Source: an uncultured Acidobacteriota bacterium (lineage in GTDB: Bacteria; Acidobacteriota; Thermoanaerobaculia; UBA5066; Gp7-AA6). Taken from it: 64,000 bases of DNA. Below, in pieces: positions 48,296 through 59,802 of this stretch; positions within the stretch are counted from its first letter, which is position 1, and each line of letters begins with the position of its first letter. Where the stretch lies: assembly GCA_963815865.1 (NCBI GenBank), contig CAWFIK010000002.1:281628-345627 (forward strand), given 5' to 3'. Made by a program: the position numbers and the translations under genes. The notes beneath the pieces are model-generated. The model saw nothing but the letters and a program-made list of their open reading frames with translations. It was not told the origin of the DNA and did not search any database.

Positions 48296-49968
48296 CTATC
48301 CCTTTACCGGCCGGCGCTCTCGCACGCGGCGCACGAGCAGCAGCGTCTGGTCGTCGTACTGCGGCATGTCGGCCGCGAAGTCGGCGACCTCCGCGAGGAC
48401 ACGATCGCAGAGGCTTTCAGGGGGGTCACGCCTCCCTTTCGGATGAGCGCGAGAGCCGATCGAGGCCGAATTCCTCCTCGGCGGCATCGACCGCCTCCGT
48501 CAGGCCGTCGGTGTAGACGCAGAGGAGGTCGCCCGGCGCGAGCGTGACCGACTCCTCCCGCCAGGAGGCGTTGGGGAGCATGCCGACGGGAACGCCCGTC
48601 GAATTCGAAGCGCGTCGATCTCGCCGGAGCCGCGCAGGAGGAGCGCCGGGTTGTGCCCCGCCGAGACGTAGGTCAGCAAGCCGCTGTCGGGCTCGAGGAG
48701 GCCGAAGAAGAGCGTCAGGAACTTGCGCGTCGCGGCGTAGCGGCGCAGGTGGCGGTCGATCCGCGTGACGAGCTCCGCGATGGTCTTCGCCTCGTCGATC
48801 TGGAGGTGCACGGCCGCGTGCACCGTCGAACACGAGGAGCGCCGCCGGCACTCCCTTGCCGGAGACGTCCGCCACGAGAAGGCCGAGCCGGCCGCGCGAG
48901 AGCGGGAAGAGGTCGTAGTAGTCACCGCCAACGTGCCGCGTCGGCAGGTTCGCCGCCGGCGAGCTCGACCCCGGCGATCTCCGGGAGCGAGCGCGGGAGG
49001 ATCTCTCGCTGGATCGCCGCGGCAAGCTCCATCTCCCGCTCGATCCTCTCGCTCTCGATCGCGTCGCGGTGAAGGCGTGCCGTCTCGATCGCCGCCGCCG
49101 CCTGGTTGGCGAAGAGCGAGAGGATGCGCGCATTGGACGCGGTGAAGTCCAGGACGCCGCCGTCTCGCGATTCCTTGTCCGCGACCGCGAGGACGCCGAG
49201 CCTCCGCCCCGGGACAGAGATCGGAACCACCAGGCACTTCTGGCAGGACATGAGGCACACGCCGGCCGTCGGGATCGTCGCGGCGGCGTTGTTGATCACC
49301 GCCTCCCCCTCGGGCAGATTCCACAAAGCGAAGTCCTGCGCCGGAAGAAACTGTCCGCCGAGGTTGCGCTCGAGAAGCAGCCGTCCATCCTCGTGAAAGA
49401 GGAGGAGCGTCCCCTTCGCCGCGTCCGTCAGGGAAATCGAGCGGAAGAGGACCTCGTCCCCGAGCGCCGCGATGTCGAGCTGCCCCGAGAGCGAGAGGCC
49501 CAGGTCGTAGAGGGATTCGAGCTCGACCAGGCGCGTGCGGACCTCGAAGTCCGCTTCCTTCACGAGGCGGGAGAGCCGGTGCGCACCGAGAAGTCCGCCG
49601 AGGACGAACCCGAGGAACGCGCCGAGCTCGACGGATTCCTCCGGACCGACCCCGTCCAGGCCGAGATGCCCGTGAACCTCCCCCTCGGCCGAGAGCGGCA
49701 CCCAGAACGTCCCGTCGCGGTGCGTCGGGGTGTCGGGAGACGGATCGGGCAGGTCGAGGCCGTCCCATGCGGAGACTCCCGCGACCGCCGCGCGGACCCA
49801 CGCATCCTTCTCGCGCAGGTACAGGACCCCTCCGGTCGCGCCGCTCCAGGTGACGGCGGCCTGCGCCAGCCTCGCGGGCAGCGGCCGGTCGGCGCTCTGA
49901 AGAGGCTCCTCGAGCGCCTTCCACGGGTGTCCCAGACGCGAGGCGGAAACGGAGGAGGCTTCCGTCAC
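48296..49968 (-). pseudogene. GAF-domain PP2C/SpoIIE-family phosphatase (RsbU/RsbP-like); catalytic half has about 4-5 frame changes
   Basis: The GAF half is clean (48922..50043 ORF). The PP2C part reads IQREILPRSLP..., HVGGDYYDLFPLSRGRLGLLVADVSGKGVPAALL, YVSAGHNPALLL, VYTDGLTEA and QYDDQTLLLVRRV across three frames. Confidence 0.65.
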
Positions 49969-49978
49969 GGCCCTTCCG

Positions 49979-50332
49979 TCACGAAGAGGAGACGGCCCGC
50001 ACGGCCTCGGACTCGGTCGGATAGATCGCCGCGTACTGGGCAAGGCCCATGATCCGGAAGGTCTTGTCGATGGTCGGCGTCAGGCCGCAGAAGGCGAGCT
50101 TCCCCTTCCGGTCCATGACCTTCTCGAGCACCTCGATCAAGATGGAGATCCCGATCGAGTTTACGATGCGGGTCTTCTCCAGGTTCAGAACGAGGGCGCG
50201 GGCGCCCGACTCCAGGTGCGAGTACGCCTGACGCGCGATCTCCTCCCCCCCCTGGTTGTTGATGTATCCGTCGGTCGAGAGAATCGCCACGTCTCCGCGC
50301 CGCTCGGCCGCGACCCTGCAAACTTCGCTCAC
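49979..50332 (-). CDS. STAS-domain anti-sigma-factor antagonist (RsbV/SpoIIAA-like)
   Basis: 117 aa. LVLNLEKTRIVNSIGISILIEVLE contains the conserved phospho-Ser context. GTG start overlaps the upstream stop (GTGA). Confidence 0.8.
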   Translation of the reverse strand: MSEVCRVAAERRGDVAILSTDGYINNQGGEEIARQAYSHLESGARALVLNLEKTRIVNSIGISILIEVLEKVMDRKGKLAFCGLTPTIDKTFRIMGLAQYAAIYPTESEAVRAVSSS

Positions 50333-50792
50333 TTGTATTTCCTCATGAGGATTCGCGTCCCCCCCTCGCTCGACGAGATGGCCACTGAGTCCATCAGGCT
50401 GCGGATGATCTGCAACCCCCATCCCCTCTTCTGGCGCCCGGAAAAGGTCTTCTCCGCCGAAGGCGTTTCGACCGATCCCTGGTCAAAACCCATTCCCTGG
50501 TCCAGGACTTCCACCTCCAGAAACTCCGGGCATCTTCCGCCCGGCCGACCCGAAACGTCAGATGCACACGGCCGTCGCGCGCATGCGCGTGCTCGAACGC
50601 GTTGATACAGGCCTCCACGAGAGCGAGCTTGACCTCGTCGATCTTATCGCGGGGCATCTCGATGAACTCGCCCACCGCCGCCGCCTGGGCGGTCGCGACG
50701 ATCTCCATGTCGGGGGCCACCGGGATCGTGAGAGAGATCTCGCGGGCGCCTGTCGCGTCGAGGCTTATTCGGGCCGTTTCCCGCCTTGCCAT
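50329..50792 (-). CDS. anti-sigma-factor-type Ser kinase (RsbW/SpoIIAB-like HATPase_c); one apparent indel near 50520
   Basis: N box LVEACINAFEH is in ORF 50394..50900. G1/G2 boxes VLDQGMGFD...RGWGLQIIRSLMD are in ORF 50329..50514. Confidence 0.7.
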
Positions 50793-50945
50793 CAGTCGCT
50801 TTCGTCTCCCCCGGTCGCGCGCTCGTCTGGGATCGATCGCGGCCGAGAGGATAACCCGCGGGCGGGCCGGCGCGCCGCCTCCGTCGCCGTCGCGGCACAC
50901 GGAGAGGGAGAAACGCGGGGGAAGGGAACTGTCATGGGGACCTGC

Positions 50946-51104
50946 CTAGAACCGCAGGAAGAGTTGCAGTCCGCGAACGAGGACCTCGGGAACCCGGCCG
51001 GAGAAAAAGAGCAGCGCGGCGGCGGCGAGCTCCGCGAAGAGAAGCGACCACGCAAGCGAAGGCGCGTGCGTGAAGTCGGCGGCGAGGGCCTGCGCTCTTT
51101 TCAT
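50946..51104 (-). CDS. 52-codon ORF, predicted small membrane protein (not in the track because it is under 60 aa)
   Basis: MKRAQALAADFTHAPSLAWSLLFAELAAAALLFFSGRVPEVLVRGLQLFLRF. Third codon positions are strongly G/C as in neighbouring genes. Sits about 20 nt downstream of the sigma54-type promoter. Confidence 0.4.
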   Translation of the reverse strand: MKRAQALAADFTHAPSLAWSLLFAELAAAALLFFSGRVPEVLVRGLQLFLRF

Positions 51105-51124
51105 GTTCGTTCACCAGAACGAAG

Positions 51125-51140
51125 CGCAAGTCCCCTGCCA
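51125..51140 (-). promoter_or_regulatory. sigma54 (-24/-12) promoter candidate
   Basis: The minus strand reads TGGCAGGGGACTTGCG against the consensus TGGCACG-N4-TTGCW. The GG and GC dinucleotides have exact spacing. Adjacent to a sigma54 activator gene. Confidence 0.55.
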
Positions 51141-51334
51141 TCGGTCGCGGGCGCGGCATTCCGACGATAACTCCTTACGCCAAAGAGGCTTGCGGCGATG
51201 TGGAAGACGGATCAATCATCCGAGAGTATAGCGCCAATTCGATACACATACACAATAAGGCAGAAGATATATCAAGCCAAATAACTAATAGTAAATGAGA
51301 TACGTTATATTTTGTGACTTATTGATACGGCGAC

Positions 51335-52840
<1,506 letters not shown>

Positions 52841-53114
52841 CGTCGCTCCGCGCTTACGTGGGATCTGCGCCCTTCGGTCGCACCGGCGAGCGGCTCGGCC
52901 GGATGCGGCCTTCGACCGCTCGCCTGATCCCGCGCAAGCGCTCCGCTCCCGCGGCGCGCGCCTCCTCCCTCGGTTACTTCGGGAGACTTCGCGCGCCGCG
53001 ACCGGGGCACGATTCGAGGACGCACGGCAAGAAGGCCGATGCCGTCCCCAACCGGTAGGAGGAACCCATGAGTGCGACCGGCGCCAGGCACGACCAGGGC
53101 GAGGGAGGTCACCC

Positions 53115-54536
53115 CTAGCCGGGCTTCGGCGGAGCGGCGGAGGCGGCGAGCACCTTCTCGCGGCGCGCCTGCTCGACGACGAGCTCGTAGGGGCGCATCG
53201 GCGCCCAACTCGGATTCCACTTGTGGTTCTCGGCGAGCAGCTTCTCGGCCCGGTCGAGATCTCCCTTGCGCGCGAGGAGCCCGGCGAGGATGGCCCGCCC
53301 CTCGTAGACCCAGAGCCGACCCTCGAAGCTGTCCCAGGGGCGGGGAGGATTGATCAGCTCTTCGCAGAGAGCGATCGCTTCGTCGTTCCTTCCCTGCTTC
53401 GCGCTGGCCGCCGCCATCAGCAAGTCCCATTCCGGGAAGTAGGGTTTGGAGCCAGGGTCCCTCTTCTCCTTTTCAAACATCGCTTCCAGCTTCGGCCGGA
53501 TCTCAGTCAGGCGGCGCTCCGCGTCGGCAGGCTTCCCTTCCATCAGGTCGAGGACGATGCCGGGAATTTCGCGGTGGACCTCGTCCTGTTTGTCCCTGGG
53601 CAGATTCTCTATCTGCTGAACGATGCGGCGGGCTGCGGGCACGTCTCCCGCGAAGTAGGCGACGCGGAAGGCCTGTCCGAGGAAACCCGACCGTCGATTT
53701 TCGATCGAGGTGACCTTTGCCGCCTTCATGTAGTTCTCGATCGCGCGGCCGTAATCGCCCTTCCCCTCGTAGGCGACGCCGAGATGGCCGATGGAATCGA
53801 AGAAGTCCGGCTTCAGGCTCAGGGCCTTGTTCAGGTTGGCGATCGCCTCGTCGTAGTGGCCGGAATAGGCCTGTACCTCTCCGAGACTGTCGTAGGGATT
53901 GGCCTGGTCGGGGGCCATGAACTGATACTTCTTGAGGCTTTCCATGGCCTTGTCGTATTCCCCGCGCCACGCGTAGTAGTACCCGATCTGGTTGTAGACG
54001 CCCGCGTTGTTCGGATTGGCCGCGAGAAGCCCGGAATAGATCTCCAGGGCCTTCTCGGCGTGCCCCTGGCTCATCGCGATGCCGCTCATGACCATGGCGG
54101 CGTCGACGTCGTCCGGGTACTTCTCGAAGATCGCCCGCGCGATCTTGTTTCTCTCTTCGACGTTTCTCTGGATTTCGGCGTTGGCCATATCCACGAACAG
54201 ACGCTCGCGCGCGGTCAACCGGCCGCGCAGCCGGCCGGCCCTCTCGATCAGGGACGCAGCCTGATCGCGATTGCTCAGGCCGGCCAACCGGAGCATGGCC
54301 ATCGCGAAGTTGGGATCGAGGGCGAGGGCCCGCGCGAACCCAACCTGCGCTTCTTTGAAGTAATACCGCCGGAAGTTTTCGAGCCCCTCCTGGTACGCCT
54401 GGTAGGCCGCGGCGGACGACGTCGTCACGTCCCGCCGGTTCGTCAGGTAGAGCGCGGCCAGCACCCCCGCCACGAGCAGGAAGAGCACTGTTACGATCGC
54501 GACGGCACGTCGGGACTTCGCGCTCATCTGTCTCAT
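53115..54536 (-). CDS. membrane-anchored TPR-repeat protein
   Basis: N-terminal TM segment [21 protein letters not shown], followed by multiple TPR-like repeats (A..Y...L..NP....A). Confidence 0.8.
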   Translation of the reverse strand: MRQMSAKSRRAVAIVTVLFLLVAGVLAALYLTNRRDVTTSSAAAYQAYQEGLENFRRYYFKEAQVGFARALALDPNFAMAMLRLAGLSNRDQAASLIERAGRLRGRLTARERLFVDMANAEIQRNVEERNKIARAIFEKYPDDVDAAMVMSGIAMSQGHAEKALEIYSGLLAANPNNAGVYNQIGYYYAWRGEYDKAMESLKKYQFMAPDQANPYDSLGEVQAYSGHYDEAIANLNKALSLKPDFFDSIGHLGVAYEGKGDYGRAIENYMKAAKVTSIENRRSGFLGQAFRVAYFAGDVPAARRIVQQIENLPRDKQDEVHREIPGIVLDLMEGKPADAERRLTEIRPKLEAMFEKEKRDPGSKPYFPEWDLLMAAASAKQGRNDEAIALCEELINPPRPWDSFEGRLWVYEGRAILAGLLARKGDLDRAEKLLAENHKWNPSWAPMRPYELVVEQARREKVLAASAAPPKPG

Positions 54537-54575
54537 GATACGGCCGGAAGCCCCCCGGGTTTCACCGTTCCCACC

Positions 54576-57191
54576 CTACTCCACCCTCAGCAGCAGGAAA
54601 GTCATGTCGTCGTACTGCTCGGCCCCCCCGACGTGCCGGCGGATGTCGGCCAGGATGCCGTTGGCGAGGTCCTCCAGGCCGTCCCCCTTGCGCGCCGACA
54701 GGGACTGCATCAGCCTCTCCTCCCCGAACGGGTTCATCTGCTCGTCCATGGCCTCGGAGAACCCGTCCGTGTAGAAGAAGATCAGATCTCCCCGCTTCAG
54801 ATAGAGCTCCCGCGTGTCGTAGGGGACTTCCCGGAAGGCCCCCAGGGGAAGCCGGTGCTCCGGAGCTTCCAGGAGCCGCGGGCCCCCGTCTCCCGACCGC
54901 AGAAGGATCGGGAGCGGCTGCCCTCCAATCGCGTAGCGAAGGCTCATCGCGTCCGGGTCCAGCACGAAGTAGCCGAGCGAGACGAACATCCGCCGCTTGA
55001 TCGAATAGATCCGCCGGTTGGACTCCTGGAAGAGGAGGCCCGGATCCCGTGTCGTCAGGGCCCGCGAGTACACGATTTCCTTGGAAGCGACCATCAGGAG
55101 CGACGCGGGAACGGATTTCCCGGAGACGTCTCCGATGACGACGCCCAGGCACTTGTCCTCCAGGGGAATGAAGTCGTAGAAGTCGCCCCCGACGACCTTG
55201 GCCGGAAGGCTGCCGCCGAGAATGGTGAAGCCTGGGACGATGGGAACCGAGCGCGGCAGCAGGCTCGCCTGGATGTCGCGGGCGATCTCGAGGTCGCGCC
55301 GGAACTCGGCCTGCCGGGTCATCTCGTCGTGCAGGAGCGCGGTCTCGATCGCCAGGGAGGCCTGGTTGGCGAGAGTCGAGAGGAGCGCCCGGTCCTCGCT
55401 GTCGAACCGCTCTCCGGACAGCTTCTCCTTGAGCGCCAGCACGCCCATCAGGTTCTCGCGGTAGACGAGGGGGACCACGAGGCGGAACCCTTCCTCGTTC
55501 AGGCGCTCGCGGAACTCCTGGCTCTCCGAGTCCGCGAAAGAGAGCGACAGCTCCTCCAGCGCGATGGGCTTCCCCTCCCGCCGCAGGAGGCGCCGCACCC
55601 CCGCCTCCGGCGAGAGGCGATCGTCCTGCTTCCCCCGCCGCTCGAGGTACCCCTCCCGGTCCCGCACCCAGATCGAGGCGCGCTCCAGTCGCATCGTCGC
55701 GGTGACGCTTGCCGTGAGGTAATCGGTGATCTTGCCCAGGTCGAGCTCGCCCGTGATCGCCTCGCTCATCTCGAGCAGCGCCGCCTGGTAGTCGAACTTT
55801 TCGCGGAAGAAGAGCTTGTCGAGAGGGGTCTGGAGCCGCCGCCGCACGAGCTCGAAGAGCGGGACGACGACGAGGAAGAAGCCGAAGTTGAAGATCGGCG
55901 AAGCCGACAGCCTCCGGGCGAACAACGCGTTGGCGGTCGCGATCGCGGCGATATAGAGGCCGAAGAGGACCGCGGTCGTCCCGGCGTAGAGGAACGTCCG
56001 CTTCACGACGAGGCGGACGTTCAGCATCTGGAACCGCACGATCGCGTAGGCGAACGTCAGCGGGATCAGGATCATCGGCACGATCCCGTAGAAGACGTAG
56101 TCGTCGTTGTTGAAGAGGGAGGGGAGTACGACGCCGAGGAGCACGAACGGCGTCGTGCCGAAGATCGTCCCGACCAGGACGTGGAACGCCTGGCGCCGCT
56201 CGCCGGGATCCTCCAGCGTGAACGCGGAGTGCGCCAGCGCGAGGAGCCCGAGGACCAGGTAGTCTCCCAGGAGGACCCACGAGGAAAGCGGCGCGCCCGA
56301 CAGGATCGAGACCTTGTGTCCCTCGAGCTGCCGGAAGACGTCGTAGAGGAAGACGACCGGCGGGACCGAGTAGATCAGGTAGAGGAGCCCCGGGCTCGCG
56401 GAGAGGAAGTCCTGGAGGCGCACCTTCCAGCGCGCGGGGGGCTCCTCCGTCCACTCGTCCGCCTTCGCGAACGTGAGCCGCTTCGGCCGCGGAAAGATCA
56501 GGAAGAAGTGGAGGAAGACGGCGGGAAGCAGGAACAGGCTCACCGTCCCCGTGTTCTGCACGAAGACGTCGATCCACCAGTACGACGACGGGCGCAGGCG
56601 GCACACGAAGAAGAGCAGGAAGAGAACGCAGAGCAGGAAGAAGACCTGCGCCGCCCGGTCGTCGGGCCGGCGCTGGAAGACGAAGAGGCCGATGAAGAAG
56701 AAGAGAAACCCGAGCACCGCCGTGTAGACGTTGGTCGTGCCCCCCAGGCGGATCGAGGAGAGCCGCACCGCCAGCGTTCGCATCTCCCCCGGCGGCGCCA
56801 CGCTCGAAACGGCGACGCAGGGGCCGTGGCGCACCAGATAGGAAACCGTCTCTCCGATCCGATGCCGGCGCAGCTCTCGCGAGGCGTCGGAGATCGACTT
56901 GACCAGGTGCGACCCGATGCCGAGAACGCACTCTCCCGACGTGATCCCCGCCCGCTCCGCCGGCCCTCCCTGGGCGACGGCGCGGACCTCGATCCCTCCG
57001 GCCCGGTACGGCATCGGCACGATGCCGTCGTTGGGGCGCGCGGAGAACATGTCCGCGATCGACGCCACCGCGATCGCCAGGCCGACCAGGCCGACCGCGT
57101 AGAACCAGAAGCGCAGCGACCCGCCCCGCACGGGCAGCTCCTCGCGCGCCGGCGGCGCAGTCCTGGCCTTCATTGGTCTGGATACGTCCAC
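54576..57191 (-). CDS. polytopic membrane PDZ - GAF - PP2C/SpoIIE phosphatase
   Basis: PDZ-like region GIEVRAVAQGGPAERAGITSGECVLGI. About 8-10 TM segments. GAF domain. PP2C motifs VVGGDFYDFIPL, VVIGDVSGKSVPASLLM, FFYTDGFSEA, QYDDMTFLLLRV. Intact, 871 aa. Confidence 0.85.
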   Translation of the reverse strand: MDVSRPMKARTAPPAREELPVRGGSLRFWFYAVGLVGLAIAVASIADMFSARPNDGIVPMPYRAGGIEVRAVAQGGPAERAGITSGECVLGIGSHLVKSISDASRELRRHRIGETVSYLVRHGPCVAVSSVAPPGEMRTLAVRLSSIRLGGTTNVYTAVLGFLFFFIGLFVFQRRPDDRAAQVFFLLCVLFLLFFVCRLRPSSYWWIDVFVQNTGTVSLFLLPAVFLHFFLIFPRPKRLTFAKADEWTEEPPARWKVRLQDFLSASPGLLYLIYSVPPVVFLYDVFRQLEGHKVSILSGAPLSSWVLLGDYLVLGLLALAHSAFTLEDPGERRQAFHVLVGTIFGTTPFVLLGVVLPSLFNNDDYVFYGIVPMILIPLTFAYAIVRFQMLNVRLVVKRTFLYAGTTAVLFGLYIAAIATANALFARRLSASPIFNFGFFLVVVPLFELVRRRLQTPLDKLFFREKFDYQAALLEMSEAITGELDLGKITDYLTASVTATMRLERASIWVRDREGYLERRGKQDDRLSPEAGVRRLLRREGKPIALEELSLSFADSESQEFRERLNEEGFRLVVPLVYRENLMGVLALKEKLSGERFDSEDRALLSTLANQASLAIETALLHDEMTRQAEFRRDLEIARDIQASLLPRSVPIVPGFTILGGSLPAKVVGGDFYDFIPLEDKCLGVVIGDVSGKSVPASLLMVASKEIVYSRALTTRDPGLLFQESNRRIYSIKRRMFVSLGYFVLDPDAMSLRYAIGGQPLPILLRSGDGGPRLLEAPEHRLPLGAFREVPYDTRELYLKRGDLIFFYTDGFSEAMDEQMNPFGEERLMQSLSARKGDGLEDLANGILADIRRHVGGAEQYDDMTFLLLRVE

Positions 57192-57235
57192 GGTGTTGGA
57201 ATGTTAACGGGAGAAGTCTTCGATATTCTTCCCCG

Positions 57236-57859
57236 ATGCCGTTTGTGACGTTCGAGGGGGTCGAAGGCTGCGGCAAGTCCACGCAGCTGAGATTGGCGGC
57301 GCAGCGCCTGCGCGCGCTCGGACGGGACGTGCTGGAGACGCGCGAGCCGGGCGGAACGTCGATCGGCCGGACGCTCCGGGAGATCCTGATGGACGCGGCC
57401 AACACGCAGCTCGATCCGGTCACGGAGTGGCTGCTGCTCGAGGCCGACCGCGGCCAGCACGTCCGTGAAATCCTGCGACCCGCCGTCGCCCACGGGGGGT
57501 TCGTCCTCTGCGACCGCTACTCGGACACGACCGAGGCGTACCAGCAGGAGGCGCGCGGCCTCGATCCGGCCGCGGTGCGGTTCGTGGACGCGATCGCGCG
57601 CGACGGCCTCGTTCCGGATTTGACGCTCCTCTACGACCTCGATCCGAGCGCGGGGCTCGCCCGCGCCAGGCATCGCGACGGAGAGCGGTCCGGCCGCTTC
57701 GAGGCCGCGGGCCTCGAATTCCACCAGCGGGTGCGCGAGGCCTATCTCGCGATCGCGCGGCGCGAGCCGCATCGCGTGGCCGTCATCGGGTCGGACGCTC
57801 CGCGCGATCAGGTCTCCGAGCAGACCTGGCGCTTACTCTCGGAGCGCTTCTCCCTGTGA
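57236..57859 (+). CDS. tmk: thymidylate kinase
   Basis: MPFVTFEGVEGCGKSTQ (P-loop)...LCDRYSDTTEAYQ. Confidence 0.9.
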   Translation: MPFVTFEGVEGCGKSTQLRLAAQRLRALGRDVLETREPGGTSIGRTLREILMDAANTQLDPVTEWLLLEADRGQHVREILRPAVAHGGFVLCDRYSDTTEAYQQEARGLDPAAVRFVDAIARDGLVPDLTLLYDLDPSAGLARARHRDGERSGRFEAAGLEFHQRVREAYLAIARREPHRVAVIGSDAPRDQVSEQTWRLLSERFSL

Positions 57860-58785
57860 CGGCGGATTCCCTGCTCGAGCGCCTCGCCGAGCGGCCCGCG
57901 CGCTTCCCCGGCTCCTTGCTCCTGACGGGGCCTTCGGAGACGCGGCTGGAGAGCGAGGCACGCCGGGTGGCGGCCATCCTCCTCTGCCCGGGGGAAGACC
58001 CCGGCAGTCGCTGCGACTCCTGTCGCCGGGTCCAGTCGAAGATCCACCCGGACTTGACCGTCGTCGAGCCGCAGGGCGTTTCGATCCGGATCGACCGCGT
58101 GCGGGAAGCAATCGCATTCGGATCCGGCAAGCCATACGAAGCGCAACGGCGCGTCGCGCTCGTGCTCCGGGCGGAGCTTCTCGGGCCCGAGGCGGCCAAC
58201 GCGCTCCTGAAATCCCTGGAAGAGCCGGGGAAGCACTTTCACTGGATCCTGACGACCGCGCGCCCCGAGGCACTCCTGCCAACGATCTGCTCGCGGTGCG
58301 TGGCGGTCGCGCTTTCACGGCAGGCCCGCGCCGAACGCGCGGCGGAGTGGGTGGCGCGAGGATTCTCGGAAAAAGACGCGGCGGAGCTGGCGACGCTGGA
58401 GCCGGCCGCCGACGAGGAGGCGCGGGTCCTCCTCGAGCAGTATCGGAAGTGGCGCGAGGACATCCTGCTCGCGCTGCGAACCGGAATCTCACAGTGCCGG
58501 GCGGCGCCGCTCCTCCTTCTCGCCGAGGCGCTTGCGTCTTCCGAGCCTCGAAGGGCGCGCGTTTTCTCGGAGCTGCTCGCCGACGCCGCAGTTGCTTCGG
58601 GTGTTTCGAGCGAGCTCCTGCGCCATCGCGCGGTCGCTGCCGGGATCCACGAACTGGCCCGGCTCCGGACTCCCGAGGCACTCGCCCGCGCCGCCCTGAA
58701 ATCGTCGGATGCTCCGGCCGACAACCGGCGCGGCAACAAGCGCCTGCACTACGAGTCGGTGTTGCTCGAGCTCATGGGATCGTAG
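57856..58785 (+). CDS. holB: DNA polymerase III delta' subunit
   Basis: LLLTGPSETRLE..., zinc module CPGEDPGSRCDSCRRV, EAANALLKSLEEPGKHFHWILTT, ICSRC. GTGA overlap with tmk. Confidence 0.82.
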   Translation: MTADSLLERLAERPARFPGSLLLTGPSETRLESEARRVAAILLCPGEDPGSRCDSCRRVQSKIHPDLTVVEPQGVSIRIDRVREAIAFGSGKPYEAQRRVALVLRAELLGPEAANALLKSLEEPGKHFHWILTTARPEALLPTICSRCVAVALSRQARAERAAEWVARGFSEKDAAELATLEPAADEEARVLLEQYRKWREDILLALRTGISQCRAAPLLLLAEALASSEPRRARVFSELLADAAVASGVSSELLRHRAVAAGIHELARLRTPEALARAALKSSDAPADNRRGNKRLHYESVLLELMGS

Positions 58786-58875
58786 TTCGCCGCCGGCTTC
58801 GATCGCGCGCAGACAAGAACGCCGGCACCGCGCAGAGGCGCGATGCCGGCGATCGGAACTGGCTCGACGATCCTT

Positions 58876-59802
58876 TCAGTGCTCGAGGGAGAGCTCCACT
58901 TTCCCGGTGTCTCCCGATTCGACGTTGACGTCCATGCTGCGGTCCCTGAAGCCCGGCCGGGAAACGGTCACCGTGTGCTTTCCGGCCGAGACGACGATGC
59001 CGCGCTCGAGGGAATTGACCTCCTCCGCCGTTCCGACGAACCGGTTGTCCACGTAGACGGCGGCGTCAGACGGCTGAATCGTCAGACGCAGGCGCGTCCG
59101 GGAGTCGTGCTGCGCGCTGACCGAGCCGCGGCGCCAATCGTCACCGGACTGGTCCCGGCGCGGACGCCGGGCCGCGGGCGGGGCCTCGGCGGGCGGAGGA
59201 TTCTCGTCGCCCTCCTCGGGAACGGAGGCCTCCGGAGCCTGCGAAGGATCCATCGGCTCGACGGCGTTGCGCCGCTTGCCGAAATACCGGTTCACTTCTC
59301 CCTGCTGCTTGGGCGTGTCGTAGGAGCCATAGTGCTTCGCCCCCGGGACCTTGCGGAGCTTGTCCTTGAAGTCCAGAGACATCCCGGGGCGGGAGTCCAC
59401 GTCCCGCACCAGCGTCTCGTACCCTTCGAGCCGGAACTCGATGCGGTAGTGGCCCGGCCTCAGGTAGAGGTAGTCGGGATAGCCATCGAAGTCGTCGGCC
59501 GTTCCGATGTACTTGCCGTCCAGGTAGACGAGCGCCTCTTCCGGCGAGATGTCGGTGTCGATCACTCCCCATCGCGACGCGGGACCGTAGGCGTAGGGGC
59601 GGTAGTAGCCGTCGTAACCGGGGCCGTACCAGCCGGGCCAACCCCACCAACCCCAACCCCAGCCGCCGCCCACGCCGATGAAGACGCGACCCCGGCCGCC
59701 GAAGTGGCCGCCGCCATGGCCGCCGGGAGCGGCTTGCATCAGCGCGGGAAGCAGCAGCGTCAATCCGAGAGCCAGGAGAAGAGCCTTGTTCAGTCGTTTC
59801 AT
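58876..59802 (-). CDS. secreted PEGA-domain protein with Gly/Trp/Tyr-rich N-terminal region
   Basis: Signal peptide MKRLNKALLLALGLTLLLPALMQA. GGGWGWGWWGWPGWYGPGYDGYY. Two PEGA-like modules (VYLDGKYIGT..., VYVDNRFVGT...). Confidence 0.8.
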   Translation of the reverse strand: MKRLNKALLLALGLTLLLPALMQAAPGGHGGGHFGGRGRVFIGVGGGWGWGWWGWPGWYGPGYDGYYRPYAYGPASRWGVIDTDISPEEALVYLDGKYIGTADDFDGYPDYLYLRPGHYRIEFRLEGYETLVRDVDSRPGMSLDFKDKLRKVPGAKHYGSYDTPKQQGEVNRYFGKRRNAVEPMDPSQAPEASVPEEGDENPPPAEAPPAARRPRRDQSGDDWRRGSVSAQHDSRTRLRLTIQPSDAAVYVDNRFVGTAEEVNSLERGIVVSAGKHTVTVSRPGFRDRSMDVNVESGDTGKVELSLEH

